Shown here one piece after another: positions 9,857-18,749 of a stretch of DNA of 64,000 nucleotides; position 1 is the stretch's first letter; the number at the start of each line of letters is the position of its first letter. The notes under the pieces were generated by a model. That model made no database searches and was not told the DNA's origin. It saw only the letters and a program-made list of their open reading frames with translations. A program made the translations under genes and the position numbers. Origin of the DNA: Burkholderiales bacterium (GTDB lineage Bacteria > Pseudomonadota > Gammaproteobacteria > Burkholderiales > JAEUOS01); assembly GCA_947473125.1 (NCBI GenBank), contig CANJDH010000007.1, forward strand, positions 15,598-79,597. Reading direction: 5' to 3'.

Positions 9857-10960
9857 TTACGCCGCCTGCGCCGCCATCTTGGCCGCATCGGGCGCAGACC
9901 CGCGCGCGCCAAATACCCGATGCATGGTGTCACGGAACGTGCGCACCTCGGCCCCCTCGAAGATGCCGCGTTCCTTGAGCAACACATGCAGTTCGGCGAG
10001 CCGGTAGTGCGGCACGGCAGGGTAAAGGTGGTGTTCGAGGTGATAGTTGACGCAGTGCGGAAACAGCGCCATGCGCACCAGCGCCGGAATCTCGACATTG
10101 GTACGCGCCGCGCCCAGGGCAGTGCGCGTATCCGACGGCGCGCCATGCTCGGCCACCGCACGCAGCCGCAAGATGAAGGCCTGCACCGTGATGGCCGGCA
10201 GCACCCACAACACCAGGTATTCGACACCGTAGCCGCGCACAAACATCACCAGCGGCATCGCCACGTGAAACGCGACCACGACCCAGCGGTCTGACAGGGC
10301 GAGCTTGCGCAGGTGCGCCGTGGTGTCGGCGAGCGGATCCTGCTTTTGCCCGGTGGCGGCATTGGCCGCAGGCGCACCGAAAAAATACAGGTAGTTGCGC
10401 CAGGCCGTGAAGCCGGCGATGTCCTTGAGCAGCTTCTTCCACAGATACCCCTTGCCGCGCGGATAGCCCGCCATCAACGCCATGTCCGGGTCGATCTCTT
10501 CGTACAGGTGGTTGTGGTGCAAGCGGTGCACGATGCGATAGGCAAACGTCGAGACGCCGATCGACATGCCGGCAATGCGCCCGACCCAGTCGTTGGCGGC
10601 GCGCGATTCGAACAGGCGATAGTGCGTGGATTCATGCGAAATGATCGCCAGCCAATGCTGCCAGCAACCCATCAACACGACGGCAATCACGAGGAGAGGC
10701 GCTCCCACCAAGGGTTTCGGGCCGATGATCGAGAACGCGTAGAGGCCTAGCGCCGTGGTAAGAGCCAGCAGCCCGGCGGTCTGCGCGAGACTCCACGTGC
10801 TTTGCAAGAACGAGAGCTTGGTGAAGTACGCCAGCTCGTCGCGCGTCAGCGCCTTGCGCGCGCCCTGGGTGGTGAGCTTGTCGCGAAATTCCTCACCGCG
10901 CTCGACCGGCGCTTCAAGCGCGGTTTCCGTCGTGGGGATGGCGTTGGCTGGTACCGACAT
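9857..10960 (-). CDS. Membrane fatty acid desaturase family protein
   Basis: Three His boxes (HESTH, HRLHHNH, HLEHH) plus hydrophobic helices. Confidence 0.9.
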   Translation of the reverse strand: MSVPANAIPTTETALEAPVERGEEFRDKLTTQGARKALTRDELAYFTKLSFLQSTWSLAQTAGLLALTTALGLYAFSIIGPKPLVGAPLLVIAVVLMGCWQHWLAIISHESTHYRLFESRAANDWVGRIAGMSIGVSTFAYRIVHRLHHNHLYEEIDPDMALMAGYPRGKGYLWKKLLKDIAGFTAWRNYLYFFGAPAANAATGQKQDPLADTTAHLRKLALSDRWVVVAFHVAMPLVMFVRGYGVEYLVLWVLPAITVQAFILRLRAVAEHGAPSDTRTALGAARTNVEIPALVRMALFPHCVNYHLEHHLYPAVPHYRLAELHVLLKERGIFEGAEVRTFRDTMHRVFGARGSAPDAAKMAAQAA

Positions 10961-11015
10961 GACAGCTAGGATGGGGAATGGCCGAAAAAGCGATGATTTA
11001 TCGTATCACGCAAGA

Positions 11016-11432
11016 CTATGCGTCACGCGCCAATTCCGCAAGGAAGGCGGCGATCATCAAGACCCGGACGCCACCCGTCTTGCCTGGCAAATCCAGCCAA
11101 GGGCCGAAATCGCGTTTGTCGCCTGTCAGCAATATCTGGCAGCGAGCAGCAACCGCGGAAGCCAGAATCGGACGATCTTTTTCGCGCAGCGGTATCGGGC
11201 AGTGTTGCGGGTCGGCCGTTTCCACGACAGTGATGCTGCTCAATAACCGATCAAGTGCAGGCAGACGGTTGGGCACTTTGGCTTCGATATTTCGATGCGC
11301 TTCGCCCGCCGCATAAGCACAGGTCAGGAGGGAGAGCTTCCACGCGGGCGCCACTTCAATGAGCAGGTCAACATTGCTGCCTGAGCGGTAGGCTCCTGCG
11401 AACAGCAAGTTGGCGTCGAGAAAAACCCGCAC
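11016..11432 (-). CDS. PIN-domain toxin (VapC-like ribonuclease)
   Basis: Acidic PIN residues in VFLDAN, AGEAHRN, EKDRPILASA and LLTGDKRDF; GTG start 3 nt after the antitoxin stop. Confidence 0.88.
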   Translation of the reverse strand: MRVFLDANLLFAGAYRSGSNVDLLIEVAPAWKLSLLTCAYAAGEAHRNIEAKVPNRLPALDRLLSSITVVETADPQHCPIPLREKDRPILASAVAARCQILLTGDKRDFGPWLDLPGKTGGVRVLMIAAFLAELARDA

Positions 11433-11435
11433 AAA

Positions 11436-11693
11436 TCAGGCTGCGCGCTTGCGGCTTTTCGCCTTCTTGCGCAACGTGGCGGCAAGAGATGGGTCGGGCT
11501 CAGTTGCAGCGAGCACCCGCTTGACCTTCGCCTCATCGTAGACCGTGTAACGCACCACTTGAGCGGGATGCAGAATCAGCATTCCGTCACGTGCTTCCGC
11601 CTGTAACAGACTGCCAGACTTGAGCCCCAGCGCCTTGCGCAGCTTGGCCGGCACAGTCAACGTGCCGCGATCAGAAAGAATCAGAGCATCCAT
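11436..11693 (-). CDS. AbrB/MazE/SpoVT-family antitoxin (VapB-like)
   Basis: LSDRGTLTVPAKLRKALGLKSGSLLQAEARDGMLILHP; 85 aa from ATG 11693 with GGAG RBS. Confidence 0.88.
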   Translation of the reverse strand: MDALILSDRGTLTVPAKLRKALGLKSGSLLQAEARDGMLILHPAQVVRYTVYDEAKVKRVLAATEPDPSLAATLRKKAKSRKRAA

Positions 11694-11701
11694 GGTTTTC
11701 T

Positions 11702-11736
11702 CCGTATTGCTGCAATCCTGCAATACGGCAATTATA
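11702..11736 (-). promoter_or_regulatory. Toxin-antitoxin promoter and operator
   Basis: Perfect 9-bp inverted repeat CCGTATTGC-N9-GCAATACGG (11702-11728) just downstream of a perfect minus-strand -10 TATAAT (11736-11731). Confidence 0.7.
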
Positions 11737-11753
11737 AGCAATCCTGCCTGCCA

Positions 11754-12476
11754 TCACCACTTTTCCATATAGGGCCGCAGGTCCAGCTCGAAGGTCCAGG
11801 CGTCGCGCGGCTGGCTATGCAGCATCCAGTAATTCTCGGCAATGTGGTCCGGATTGAGGATGCCGTCCTGCGCCTTGAGTGCATAACGCTCCGGAAAGGT
11901 CTCGCGAATGAATTCGGTATCGATGGCACCATCGATGATGACGTGCCCAACGTGAATGCCCTGCGGCCCGAGCTCGCGCGCCATGCTCTGCGCCAGTGCA
12001 CGCAGCGCATGCTTGCCGCCCGCGAACGACGCAAACCCGGCCCCGCCGCGCAAACTGGCAGTCGCGCCTGTGAACAGGATCGTGCCCTTCTTGCGCGGCA
12101 ACATCATGCGCGCCGCCTCCCGGCCAGCGAGAAACCCGCCGAATGCGCACATCTCCCACACCTTGCGATACACCCGCGCGGTGGTCTCGGTGATGCCGAA
12201 GCGCACGTTGCCGCCGATGTTGAACACGCACACCTCGATCGGGCCGATGTTGGCTTCGATGTGGGCGAAGAGCTTGATGACTTCCTCTTCCTCGCGTGCG
12301 TCCGAGCCGAAGGCGTGGCAGGTGCCGCCGGCGGATTCGACCTCGGTCTTGAGGGCATCGAGCTTGTCGGCGTGGCGGCGCGTCACGCAGGTGGTGAAGC
12401 CTTCGCGGGCGAAACGTTTGGCGATGGCGCCGCCGAGGGCGTCGCCTGCGCCGATTACGAGGGCAACTGGTTTCAT
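11754..12476 (-). CDS. Short-chain dehydrogenase/reductase (SDR)
   Basis: VALVIGAGDALGGAIAKRF, VFNIG, LFTGATAS, FAGGKHALRALAQSMARE. Start at ATG 12476 overlaps the upstream stop. Confidence 0.9.
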   Translation of the reverse strand: MKPVALVIGAGDALGGAIAKRFAREGFTTCVTRRHADKLDALKTEVESAGGTCHAFGSDAREEEEVIKLFAHIEANIGPIEVCVFNIGGNVRFGITETTARVYRKVWEMCAFGGFLAGREAARMMLPRKKGTILFTGATASLRGGAGFASFAGGKHALRALAQSMARELGPQGIHVGHVIIDGAIDTEFIRETFPERYALKAQDGILNPDHIAENYWMLHSQPRDAWTFELDLRPYMEKW

Positions 12477-14032
12477 GGTCTCATCCCGAAAGTACTTGGC
12501 CCGACGACTCGCAACGGCGCCGCCAGATTCGCAAACTCGCACAACAACTCACGCGTCTCGCGCGGATCGATGATTTCTTCCACGAGAAATTGCTCCGCTG
12601 TTCTGAAAGGTGACGTGAATTGCTTCAATCTCGTTTCGATCTCGGCTAGCTTGGCGGCCGGGTCGGCTGATGCTTCAAGTTCCCCCTTGTACGCCGCTTC
12701 CAAGCCGCCGGCTATTGGCAACGATCCCCACTCACCCGATGGCCAGGCGTAGCGAATGTTGAAGCGCCCGGTGCTCTGGTGCGCGGCACCCGCCACGCCG
12801 AACACGCGGCGCACGAGGATCGAACACCACGGTACCGTCGCCTGATACACCGCCGCCATGGCGCGCGCACCGTAGCGAATCGTCGCGGCCTCTTCGGCTT
12901 CGACGCCGATCTGGAAACCCGGAATGTCGACCAGATGCACCACCGGCAAATGGAAGGTCTGCACCATGTCAACGAAGCGCACCAGCTTTTCGGAGGCGCG
13001 TGCAGTCCAGCCGCCGCCGTAGTGATATGGGTCGCTTGCCACCACTGCGACGGGCCAGCCGTCGAGCCGGGCAAAGCCGGTGATGATGGCGCGGCCCCAC
13101 ATCTTGCCGATTTCAAAGAAGGAATCCTGGTCGACCAGTGCGTTGACGATCGGGCGCATCTGGTAGACCTTCTTCGGGTCGCGCGGTACGGCGGAGAGCA
13201 GTTTTTCTTCGCGGCGCTTGGGGTCGTCGGTGGGTGTGGTCCGGGCAGGTAGCTCGTACACCGAAGACGGCAGGTAGGAGAGGAAGCGACGGGTGCGCGC
13301 GAATGCCTCAGTCTCACTCTCGACGACGTCATCGACGGTACCGTTACGGCCATGGATGTCGCTGCCGCCCAGTTCTTCCTTGGTGACGTTCTGGCCGGGT
13401 TTGGCAAATGCGCGCGCAACCACCGGCGGGCCGGCAGCAAAAATCTGCGAGGTACCTTGGACCATCAGCGAGTAATGGCTGCTGGCTACGCGCGCCGCAC
13501 CGAGGCCGGCGACTGAGCCCAGCGCCAGGCCCACCACCGGTACGGTGGCGAGATTCATCACCGCGTATTCCCAGCCATGCACTTCGGGCACGTAGGCGCG
13601 GCCGATCACCTCGATGGTCTTGACCGAGCCGCCACCGCCGGTGCCGTCGACCAGGCGCACCAGGGGGATGCGCAACTGGAGGGCCATCTTTTCGACGTAG
13701 ACAAGTTTTTCGCGCACGCCGCCATCGTTGGCGCCGCCACGTACGGTGAAGTCGTCGGCGGAGACCGCCACGGTGCGCCCTTCAATGGTGCCGCGGCCGA
13801 TGAGCTGGTTGGTGGGGGTAAAGGAGGTCAGGCTGTTGTCTACGTCATAGGCCGCAAAGCCGCTCGCAGAGCCGATCTCCCGGAAGCTGCCTGCATCAAG
13901 CAGGGCGGCGATGCGCTCGCGCACCGGTAATTTGCCGTTGGCGACGTGGCGCGCCACCTTCTCGGGCCCACCCATCTGCCGGGCCAGTTGCTGGCGCTTC
14001 TTGAGTTCGTCGAGCTCGGGTTGCCAGGTCAT
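12473..14032 (-). CDS. Acyl-CoA carboxylase carboxyltransferase subunit
   Basis: GKLPVRERIAALLD, DFTVRGGA, duplicated carboxyltransferase domains, VDIPGF, EEIIDPRETR. Confidence 0.9.
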   Translation of the reverse strand: MTWQPELDELKKRQQLARQMGGPEKVARHVANGKLPVRERIAALLDAGSFREIGSASGFAAYDVDNSLTSFTPTNQLIGRGTIEGRTVAVSADDFTVRGGANDGGVREKLVYVEKMALQLRIPLVRLVDGTGGGGSVKTIEVIGRAYVPEVHGWEYAVMNLATVPVVGLALGSVAGLGAARVASSHYSLMVQGTSQIFAAGPPVVARAFAKPGQNVTKEELGGSDIHGRNGTVDDVVESETEAFARTRRFLSYLPSSVYELPARTTPTDDPKRREEKLLSAVPRDPKKVYQMRPIVNALVDQDSFFEIGKMWGRAIITGFARLDGWPVAVVASDPYHYGGGWTARASEKLVRFVDMVQTFHLPVVHLVDIPGFQIGVEAEEAATIRYGARAMAAVYQATVPWCSILVRRVFGVAGAAHQSTGRFNIRYAWPSGEWGSLPIAGGLEAAYKGELEASADPAAKLAEIETRLKQFTSPFRTAEQFLVEEIIDPRETRELLCEFANLAAPLRVVGPSTFGMRP

Positions 14033-14196
14033 GTTGCCTCCTTGGCGACGATGCTAGCGCATTTGCTGCGCTGCCTGCCCGCCGCATTCTTTTTGCTGCA
14101 CTGCCTGATTGACGCGCCCTGCCATGCCCGGTAGGCTTCGCGTCTGCTGCCCCGTCGCACCACACCGAACACATAAAGAGAGGCAGAGGAGACAAT

Positions 14197-15075
14197 TTGG
14201 CGCAGTTCCTGCAATTGACGTTCAGCGGCATCGCGATCGGCTGTGTTTACGCACTGGTTGCGCTCGGCTTCGTGCTGATCTACAAGGCCACCGAGACCGT
14301 CAATTTCGCCCAGGGCGACCTGATGATGCTGGGCGGGTTTTTCGCCTACACCGCCACCACGCTGATCGGCCTGCCCTACTGGGTCGGCATCATCCTCGCG
14401 CTGATTGCCATGGCGCTATTCGGCATGCTCACCGAGCGCATCGTGCTGCGCCCGGTGCTGGGCCAGGCGCAGTTCACCGTGGTGATGGTGACCATCGGCG
14501 TGGGCTACGTGGCGCGCGGCGTCGTGACCATGATGCCCGGCTGGGGCACCGACACCTTCAAGATCGTGACGCCGTTCGCCGAGCAGGTGGTGCACATCGG
14601 CGGCGCAGCGCTGGCGCTGGACCAGTTGATGATCATCGTCGACACCGCCGTACTGTGCCTGATCCTGTTCCTGTTTTTCCGCTACAGCCGCATCGGCATC
14701 GCGATGCAGGCAACCTCGCAAAACCAGCTCGCGGCCTATTACATGGGCATTCCGGTGCGGCGCATCAACACCCTGATCTGGGGCCTGTCGGCGGCGGTGG
14801 CGGCGTTTGCCGGCATCCTGCTCGCGCCGATCACCTTCGTACACGCCAACATGGGTTTCATCGGGCTCAAAGCCTTTCCGGCTGCGGTGGTGGGCGGCTT
14901 TGGCAGCATCCCCGGGGCGATTGTCGGCGGCCTGATCATCGGGCTGGTCGAGTCGTTTGCGGGTTTCTACCTGCCGGAAGGCTTCAAGGACATCGCGGCC
15001 TACATCGTGGTGCTGCTGGTGCTGATGTTCAAACCTTCCGGCTTGTTCGGCGAGAAGCTGCGGAAGAAGGTGTAG
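14197..15075 (+). CDS. Branched-chain amino acid-type ABC transporter permease (LivH-like)
   Basis: GIAIGCVYALVALGFVLIY, NFAQG, GGFGSIPGAIVGG; TTG start. Confidence 0.92.
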   Translation: MAQFLQLTFSGIAIGCVYALVALGFVLIYKATETVNFAQGDLMMLGGFFAYTATTLIGLPYWVGIILALIAMALFGMLTERIVLRPVLGQAQFTVVMVTIGVGYVARGVVTMMPGWGTDTFKIVTPFAEQVVHIGGAALALDQLMIIVDTAVLCLILFLFFRYSRIGIAMQATSQNQLAAYYMGIPVRRINTLIWGLSAAVAAFAGILLAPITFVHANMGFIGLKAFPAAVVGGFGSIPGAIVGGLIIGLVESFAGFYLPEGFKDIAAYIVVLLVLMFKPSGLFGEKLRKKV

Positions 15076-15079
15076 CCAC

Positions 15080-16156
15080 ATGCGCTTTTTGTTCAAGACC
15101 GATTACGACCAGGACATTCGCCTCTTCAAGGACGGCGTGCAGATGTTCTGGTACGCGCTGCTAGGCATCGTGCTGCTGGCGCTGCCCGCCGTGCTGCCCG
15201 AGTATCTGATGGGGCAGATGGTGTTCATCCTGATCTACGCCATCATCGGCCTGGGGCTGATGTTGCTGATCGGCTTCACCGGGCAGATCTCGCTGGGCCA
15301 TGCGGCCTTCCTCGCGGTGGGCGCCTATACCGAGGCGATCATGCAGGCCAAGGGCATGCCGTTTGTGGTGTCGATCGTGCTGTCGGCGGTATTTGCCGGT
15401 GCTGCCGGGCTGATCGTCGGGCTGCCGGCGCTGCGCCTCAAGGGCATTTACCTGGCGATCGCCACGATGGCGTTTGGCTTCATCGCCGAAGAGGTGATCA
15501 CCCGTTGGGAGCATGTGACCGGCGGCAACTCGGGCAAGCAACTCAAGCAGATCGACTTTTTCGGCATCATCATCGACAACGACACCAAGTTTTACTACCT
15601 GGCACTGGGGCTGGTGGTGATCATCCTGCTCGGCATGATCAACCTGATGCGCAGCCCCACCGGCCGCGCGTTTGTGGCGATCCGCGATTCCGAGATTTCG
15701 GCGCAGAGCATGGGCATTCACCTGGCCAAATACAAGACCATTGCCTTTACCTTCTCGGCGGCGCTCACCGGCGTGGCCGGCGCTCTGTACGGCCACAAGC
15801 TGCAGTTCATCTCGCCCGAGCAGTTCAACCTTTTGGTGTCGATCGAAATGACGACGCTGGTGTTCATCGGGGGTTTGGGCTCATTCCATGGCGCAATTTT
15901 CGGCGCGGCTTTCATCATCGCGCTGCCGCAACTGATCGTGTTTGCCAAAGATGTGCTGCCGCCGGCGATCGGCCAGCAGACCGGATTGCAGCCGACTGTC
16001 TTTGGGCTGATCCTGATCGGCTTTTTGATTTTTGAACCCCTCGGCATCTACGGGCGCTGGGTCAAGATTCGTACCTATTTCTCGCTCTTCCCGTTTTACC
16101 GGCGCGGCATGTTCAAGCGACAAAAGTCCTACATGAAGTCGGACCGGCTGAAATGA
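15080..16156 (+). CDS. Branched-chain amino acid-type ABC transporter permease (LivM-like)
   Basis: GFTGQISLGHAAF, LRLKGIYLAIAT, GRAFVAIRDSE. Confidence 0.92.
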   Translation: MRFLFKTDYDQDIRLFKDGVQMFWYALLGIVLLALPAVLPEYLMGQMVFILIYAIIGLGLMLLIGFTGQISLGHAAFLAVGAYTEAIMQAKGMPFVVSIVLSAVFAGAAGLIVGLPALRLKGIYLAIATMAFGFIAEEVITRWEHVTGGNSGKQLKQIDFFGIIIDNDTKFYYLALGLVVIILLGMINLMRSPTGRAFVAIRDSEISAQSMGIHLAKYKTIAFTFSAALTGVAGALYGHKLQFISPEQFNLLVSIEMTTLVFIGGLGSFHGAIFGAAFIIALPQLIVFAKDVLPPAIGQQTGLQPTVFGLILIGFLIFEPLGIYGRWVKIRTYFSLFPFYRRGMFKRQKSYMKSDRLK

Positions 16157-16166
16157 CGGGGATGCG

Positions 16167-16249
16167 ATGAGTTTTTTCAAAGCCACGTTTGGGCAATCCC
16201 CCCCGCCCCCCTTTGGAAGAGGGGGCAACTTATGAGCTTTTTCAAAGCC
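16167..16249 (+). repeat. Duplicated gene start (18 bp, 17/18 identical) flanking a 47-bp GC-rich palindromic insert
   Basis: ATGAGTTTTTTCAAAGCC (16167-16184) and ATGAGCTTTTTCAAAGCC (16232-16249); between them the hairpin GCCCCCC-TTTGGAAGA-GGGGGC (16205-16226). Confidence 0.85.
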
Positions 16250-16996
16250 GAGAACCTTTCGATCCAGTTCGGCGGCGTAAAGGCCGTCACCAACGTCTCG
16301 TTCGAGGTGCAGCAGGGCGAGGTGTTCACCATCATCGGCCCGAACGGCGCGGGCAAGACCACGATTTTCAATTTGATCAGCCTGATCTACCCGCCCACCT
16401 CGGGCCGCATCACCTTCGAGGGTCGCGAGATCACCGGCATGACGCCGCACAGGGTGGCCAACCTCGGCATTGCGCGCACTTTCCAGAACATCGAGCTGTT
16501 CGAGCATGCGTCGGTGTTGCAAAACCTGCTCATCGGCCGGCACAACCACACCGCCACCAGGCTGTGGCAGGAATTGCTGTTCATGCCGTCGGTGCGCCGC
16601 GCCGAGATCGAGCATCGCGAGGCGGTGGAAAAGGTGATCGACTTCCTCGACCTGCAACACCATCGCGACAGCATGGTGGCAGGTCTGCCCTACGGCGTGC
16701 GCAAGGTGGTCGAGCTTGGGCGCGCCCTGTGCATCGGCCCGAAATTGCTGCTGCTCGACGAGCCCTCGTCCGGGCTCAACCCGGAAGAAACCGACGACAT
16801 GGCCTTCTGGATCGAAGACATCAAGAAAGACCTAGGCGTCACCGTGCTGATGGTCGAACACGACATGAGCCTGGTATCGCGCGTGTCGGACCGAGTGCTA
16901 GCCCTGGCACAGGGTGAAATGCTGTCGATCGGCACCTCGCGCGAAGTGCAGAGCGATCCGAAGGTGATTGAAGCGTATCTGGGGAAGCCGGAATGA
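16232..16996 (+). CDS. ABC transporter ATP-binding protein (LivG-like)
   Basis: Walker A GPNGAGKTT, ARTFQN, LLLLDEP, VEHDM. Confidence 0.95.
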   Translation: MSFFKAENLSIQFGGVKAVTNVSFEVQQGEVFTIIGPNGAGKTTIFNLISLIYPPTSGRITFEGREITGMTPHRVANLGIARTFQNIELFEHASVLQNLLIGRHNHTATRLWQELLFMPSVRRAEIEHREAVEKVIDFLDLQHHRDSMVAGLPYGVRKVVELGRALCIGPKLLLLDEPSSGLNPEETDDMAFWIEDIKKDLGVTVLMVEHDMSLVSRVSDRVLALAQGEMLSIGTSREVQSDPKVIEAYLGKPE

Positions 16997-17784
16997 GCAT
17001 CGAGACCCTCACCCCCACACCGATCCTGGAACTCCTGAACGTCGAGAGCAGCTACGGCCCGGTACAGGCCCTGCGCGGCGTCAGCCTCACGGTGATGGAA
17101 GGCAAGATCGCCACCGTGCTGGGCGGCAATGGCGCCGGCAAAAGCACCATCCTCAAGACCATCTCGGGCATCATCGACCCCTCGAAAGGGCAAATCAGGT
17201 TCAACGGCGCCGAGATCGGCGGCTGGGAGCCGGATCGCATCGTGCGCGCCGGCATCAGCCACGTGCCGGAAGGGCGCGAGGTGTTCCCCCTGCTCTCGGT
17301 CGAAGACAACCTCAAGATGGGCGCCTACACGCGTGCCGATCGCGATGGCGTGGCGCGCGACACAGAAACGGTCTACAACTACTTCCCGATCCTGCGCGAG
17401 CGCGCCAAACAGGATGCCGGCCTGCTCTCGGGCGGCCAGCAGCAGATGCTCGCCATCGCGCGCGCGCTGCTCTCGTCGCCCAAGGTGATGCTGCTCGACG
17501 AGCCCTCGCTAGGGCTCTCGCCGCTGCTCACCAAGGAAATCTTCGAGATCATCGTGCGCATCAACCGCGAACGCGGCACAACGATTCTGCTGGTCGAGCA
17601 AAACGCGCAAATGGCCCTGAAGACGGCCGACTTCGGCTACGTCCTCGAAGTCGGCCGCATCGTCATGGAAGATACCTGTGCCGCCCTGATGGAAAAGGAA
17701 GACATCAAGGAGTTTTACCTCGGCATCAAGGAAGAAGGCGCGCGCGGCCACCGGCGCTGGAAGAAGAAGAAAACCTGGCGCTGA
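16993..17784 (+). CDS. ABC transporter ATP-binding protein (LivF-like)
   Basis: GGNGAGKST, HVPEGR, LSGGQQQMLAIAR, LLDEPSLGL, VEQNA; basic C-terminal tail RRWKKKKTWR. Confidence 0.95.
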   Translation: MSIETLTPTPILELLNVESSYGPVQALRGVSLTVMEGKIATVLGGNGAGKSTILKTISGIIDPSKGQIRFNGAEIGGWEPDRIVRAGISHVPEGREVFPLLSVEDNLKMGAYTRADRDGVARDTETVYNYFPILRERAKQDAGLLSGGQQQMLAIARALLSSPKVMLLDEPSLGLSPLLTKEIFEIIVRINRERGTTILLVEQNAQMALKTADFGYVLEVGRIVMEDTCAALMEKEDIKEFYLGIKEEGARGHRRWKKKKTWR

Positions 17785-17818
17785 CCGCCTGGTTGGCGCT
17801 GCGGCAGATCGGCGCCGT

Positions 17819-18736
17819 CTACATCATCGCGCCCTTGGCTGCCTGCGCATTCTCTTCCTGCTGCAGCGAAAAAATCGAGGTGTAACCGCCCGACCAATCG
17901 GGCGGGATCAGGCAGGGGCGCGGATCGTGATGGGCGAATGATGCGCGCTTGCCGCGCAGGATCATCTGGTCGTGCTTGGGCTTGATCGGGTTGACGGTGT
18001 AGGGGAATGCATCGGCCGACGTCAACGTGTACAGCAGCAAGGGGCGCCCGAGGTCGGAGTCGTTGCGCGGCGAGCCGTGCACGGTGCGGCAGTTGTGCAG
18101 GGTAAGCGAACCGGCCGGGCCGGTCAGGTAGACCGCGCGCGCAGTGTCGAGGCGTGCCACGTCGCGCTCGGAGAGGCAGCCGACCCATTTGCCATCGTCG
18201 TCGTACTGGCTGAGCATCGGATCGTCGAGCAGGTGGCTCTTGGGAATCACCCCCAGCGGCCCCTGCTCCATGGTGCAGTCGTAGATGTAGGTGCCGACGG
18301 TGAGCGGTGAATAGTTGGTATGCGGCCAGAATGAAATGTCGTAATGCCATTTCACCTCTTCACCACCCTGCTTCCACTTGAAGTTGAGTTTGGAGTGATG
18401 GAATTTCACATCCGGCCCGACCAGGTCGGCCACTGCGTCGGGCATCACCGATTTGTTGACGTATTCCCAGAACACCGGGTGGTGCTCGGTCGGGTTGGAC
18501 ACGCGGCGCAGGCGCGGGCTATCGGGGCGGTGGTCCGGCTCCAAGTCGAATATGGTGTCCGACTTGCTGACCTTGCGGCTGCGCTCGACCATTTCTTCGG
18601 TGGCGTCGCGCAGCTTTTTGATCCATTCGTCGCCAATGATTTTTTCGAGCAGGATGTAGCCTTCGGAAAAATAGAACTCGCGCTGTGCCTGGGTCAGCAC
18701 GCGCGGCGGGATGGCGAGAATCTGGTCGGGCGTCAT
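17819..18736 (-). CDS. Phytanoyl-CoA dioxygenase (PhyH)-family Fe(II)/2-oxoglutarate dioxygenase
   Basis: F..EGYILLE, HSKLNFK, facial triad WHYD...VHGS, distal Arg in SDLGR. Confidence 0.88.
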   Translation of the reverse strand: MTPDQILAIPPRVLTQAQREFYFSEGYILLEKIIGDEWIKKLRDATEEMVERSRKVSKSDTIFDLEPDHRPDSPRLRRVSNPTEHHPVFWEYVNKSVMPDAVADLVGPDVKFHHSKLNFKWKQGGEEVKWHYDISFWPHTNYSPLTVGTYIYDCTMEQGPLGVIPKSHLLDDPMLSQYDDDGKWVGCLSERDVARLDTARAVYLTGPAGSLTLHNCRTVHGSPRNDSDLGRPLLLYTLTSADAFPYTVNPIKPKHDQMILRGKRASFAHHDPRPCLIPPDWSGGYTSIFSLQQEENAQAAKGAMM

Positions 18737-18749
18737 GGCGACTTCTCCT

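Noticed and set aside
9790-10242. Apparent 150-aa N-terminal extension of the FadB-like protein in the ORF track
   Set aside because: It overlaps the desaturase in another frame; family similarity starts at METIRLEKD (ATG 9789).
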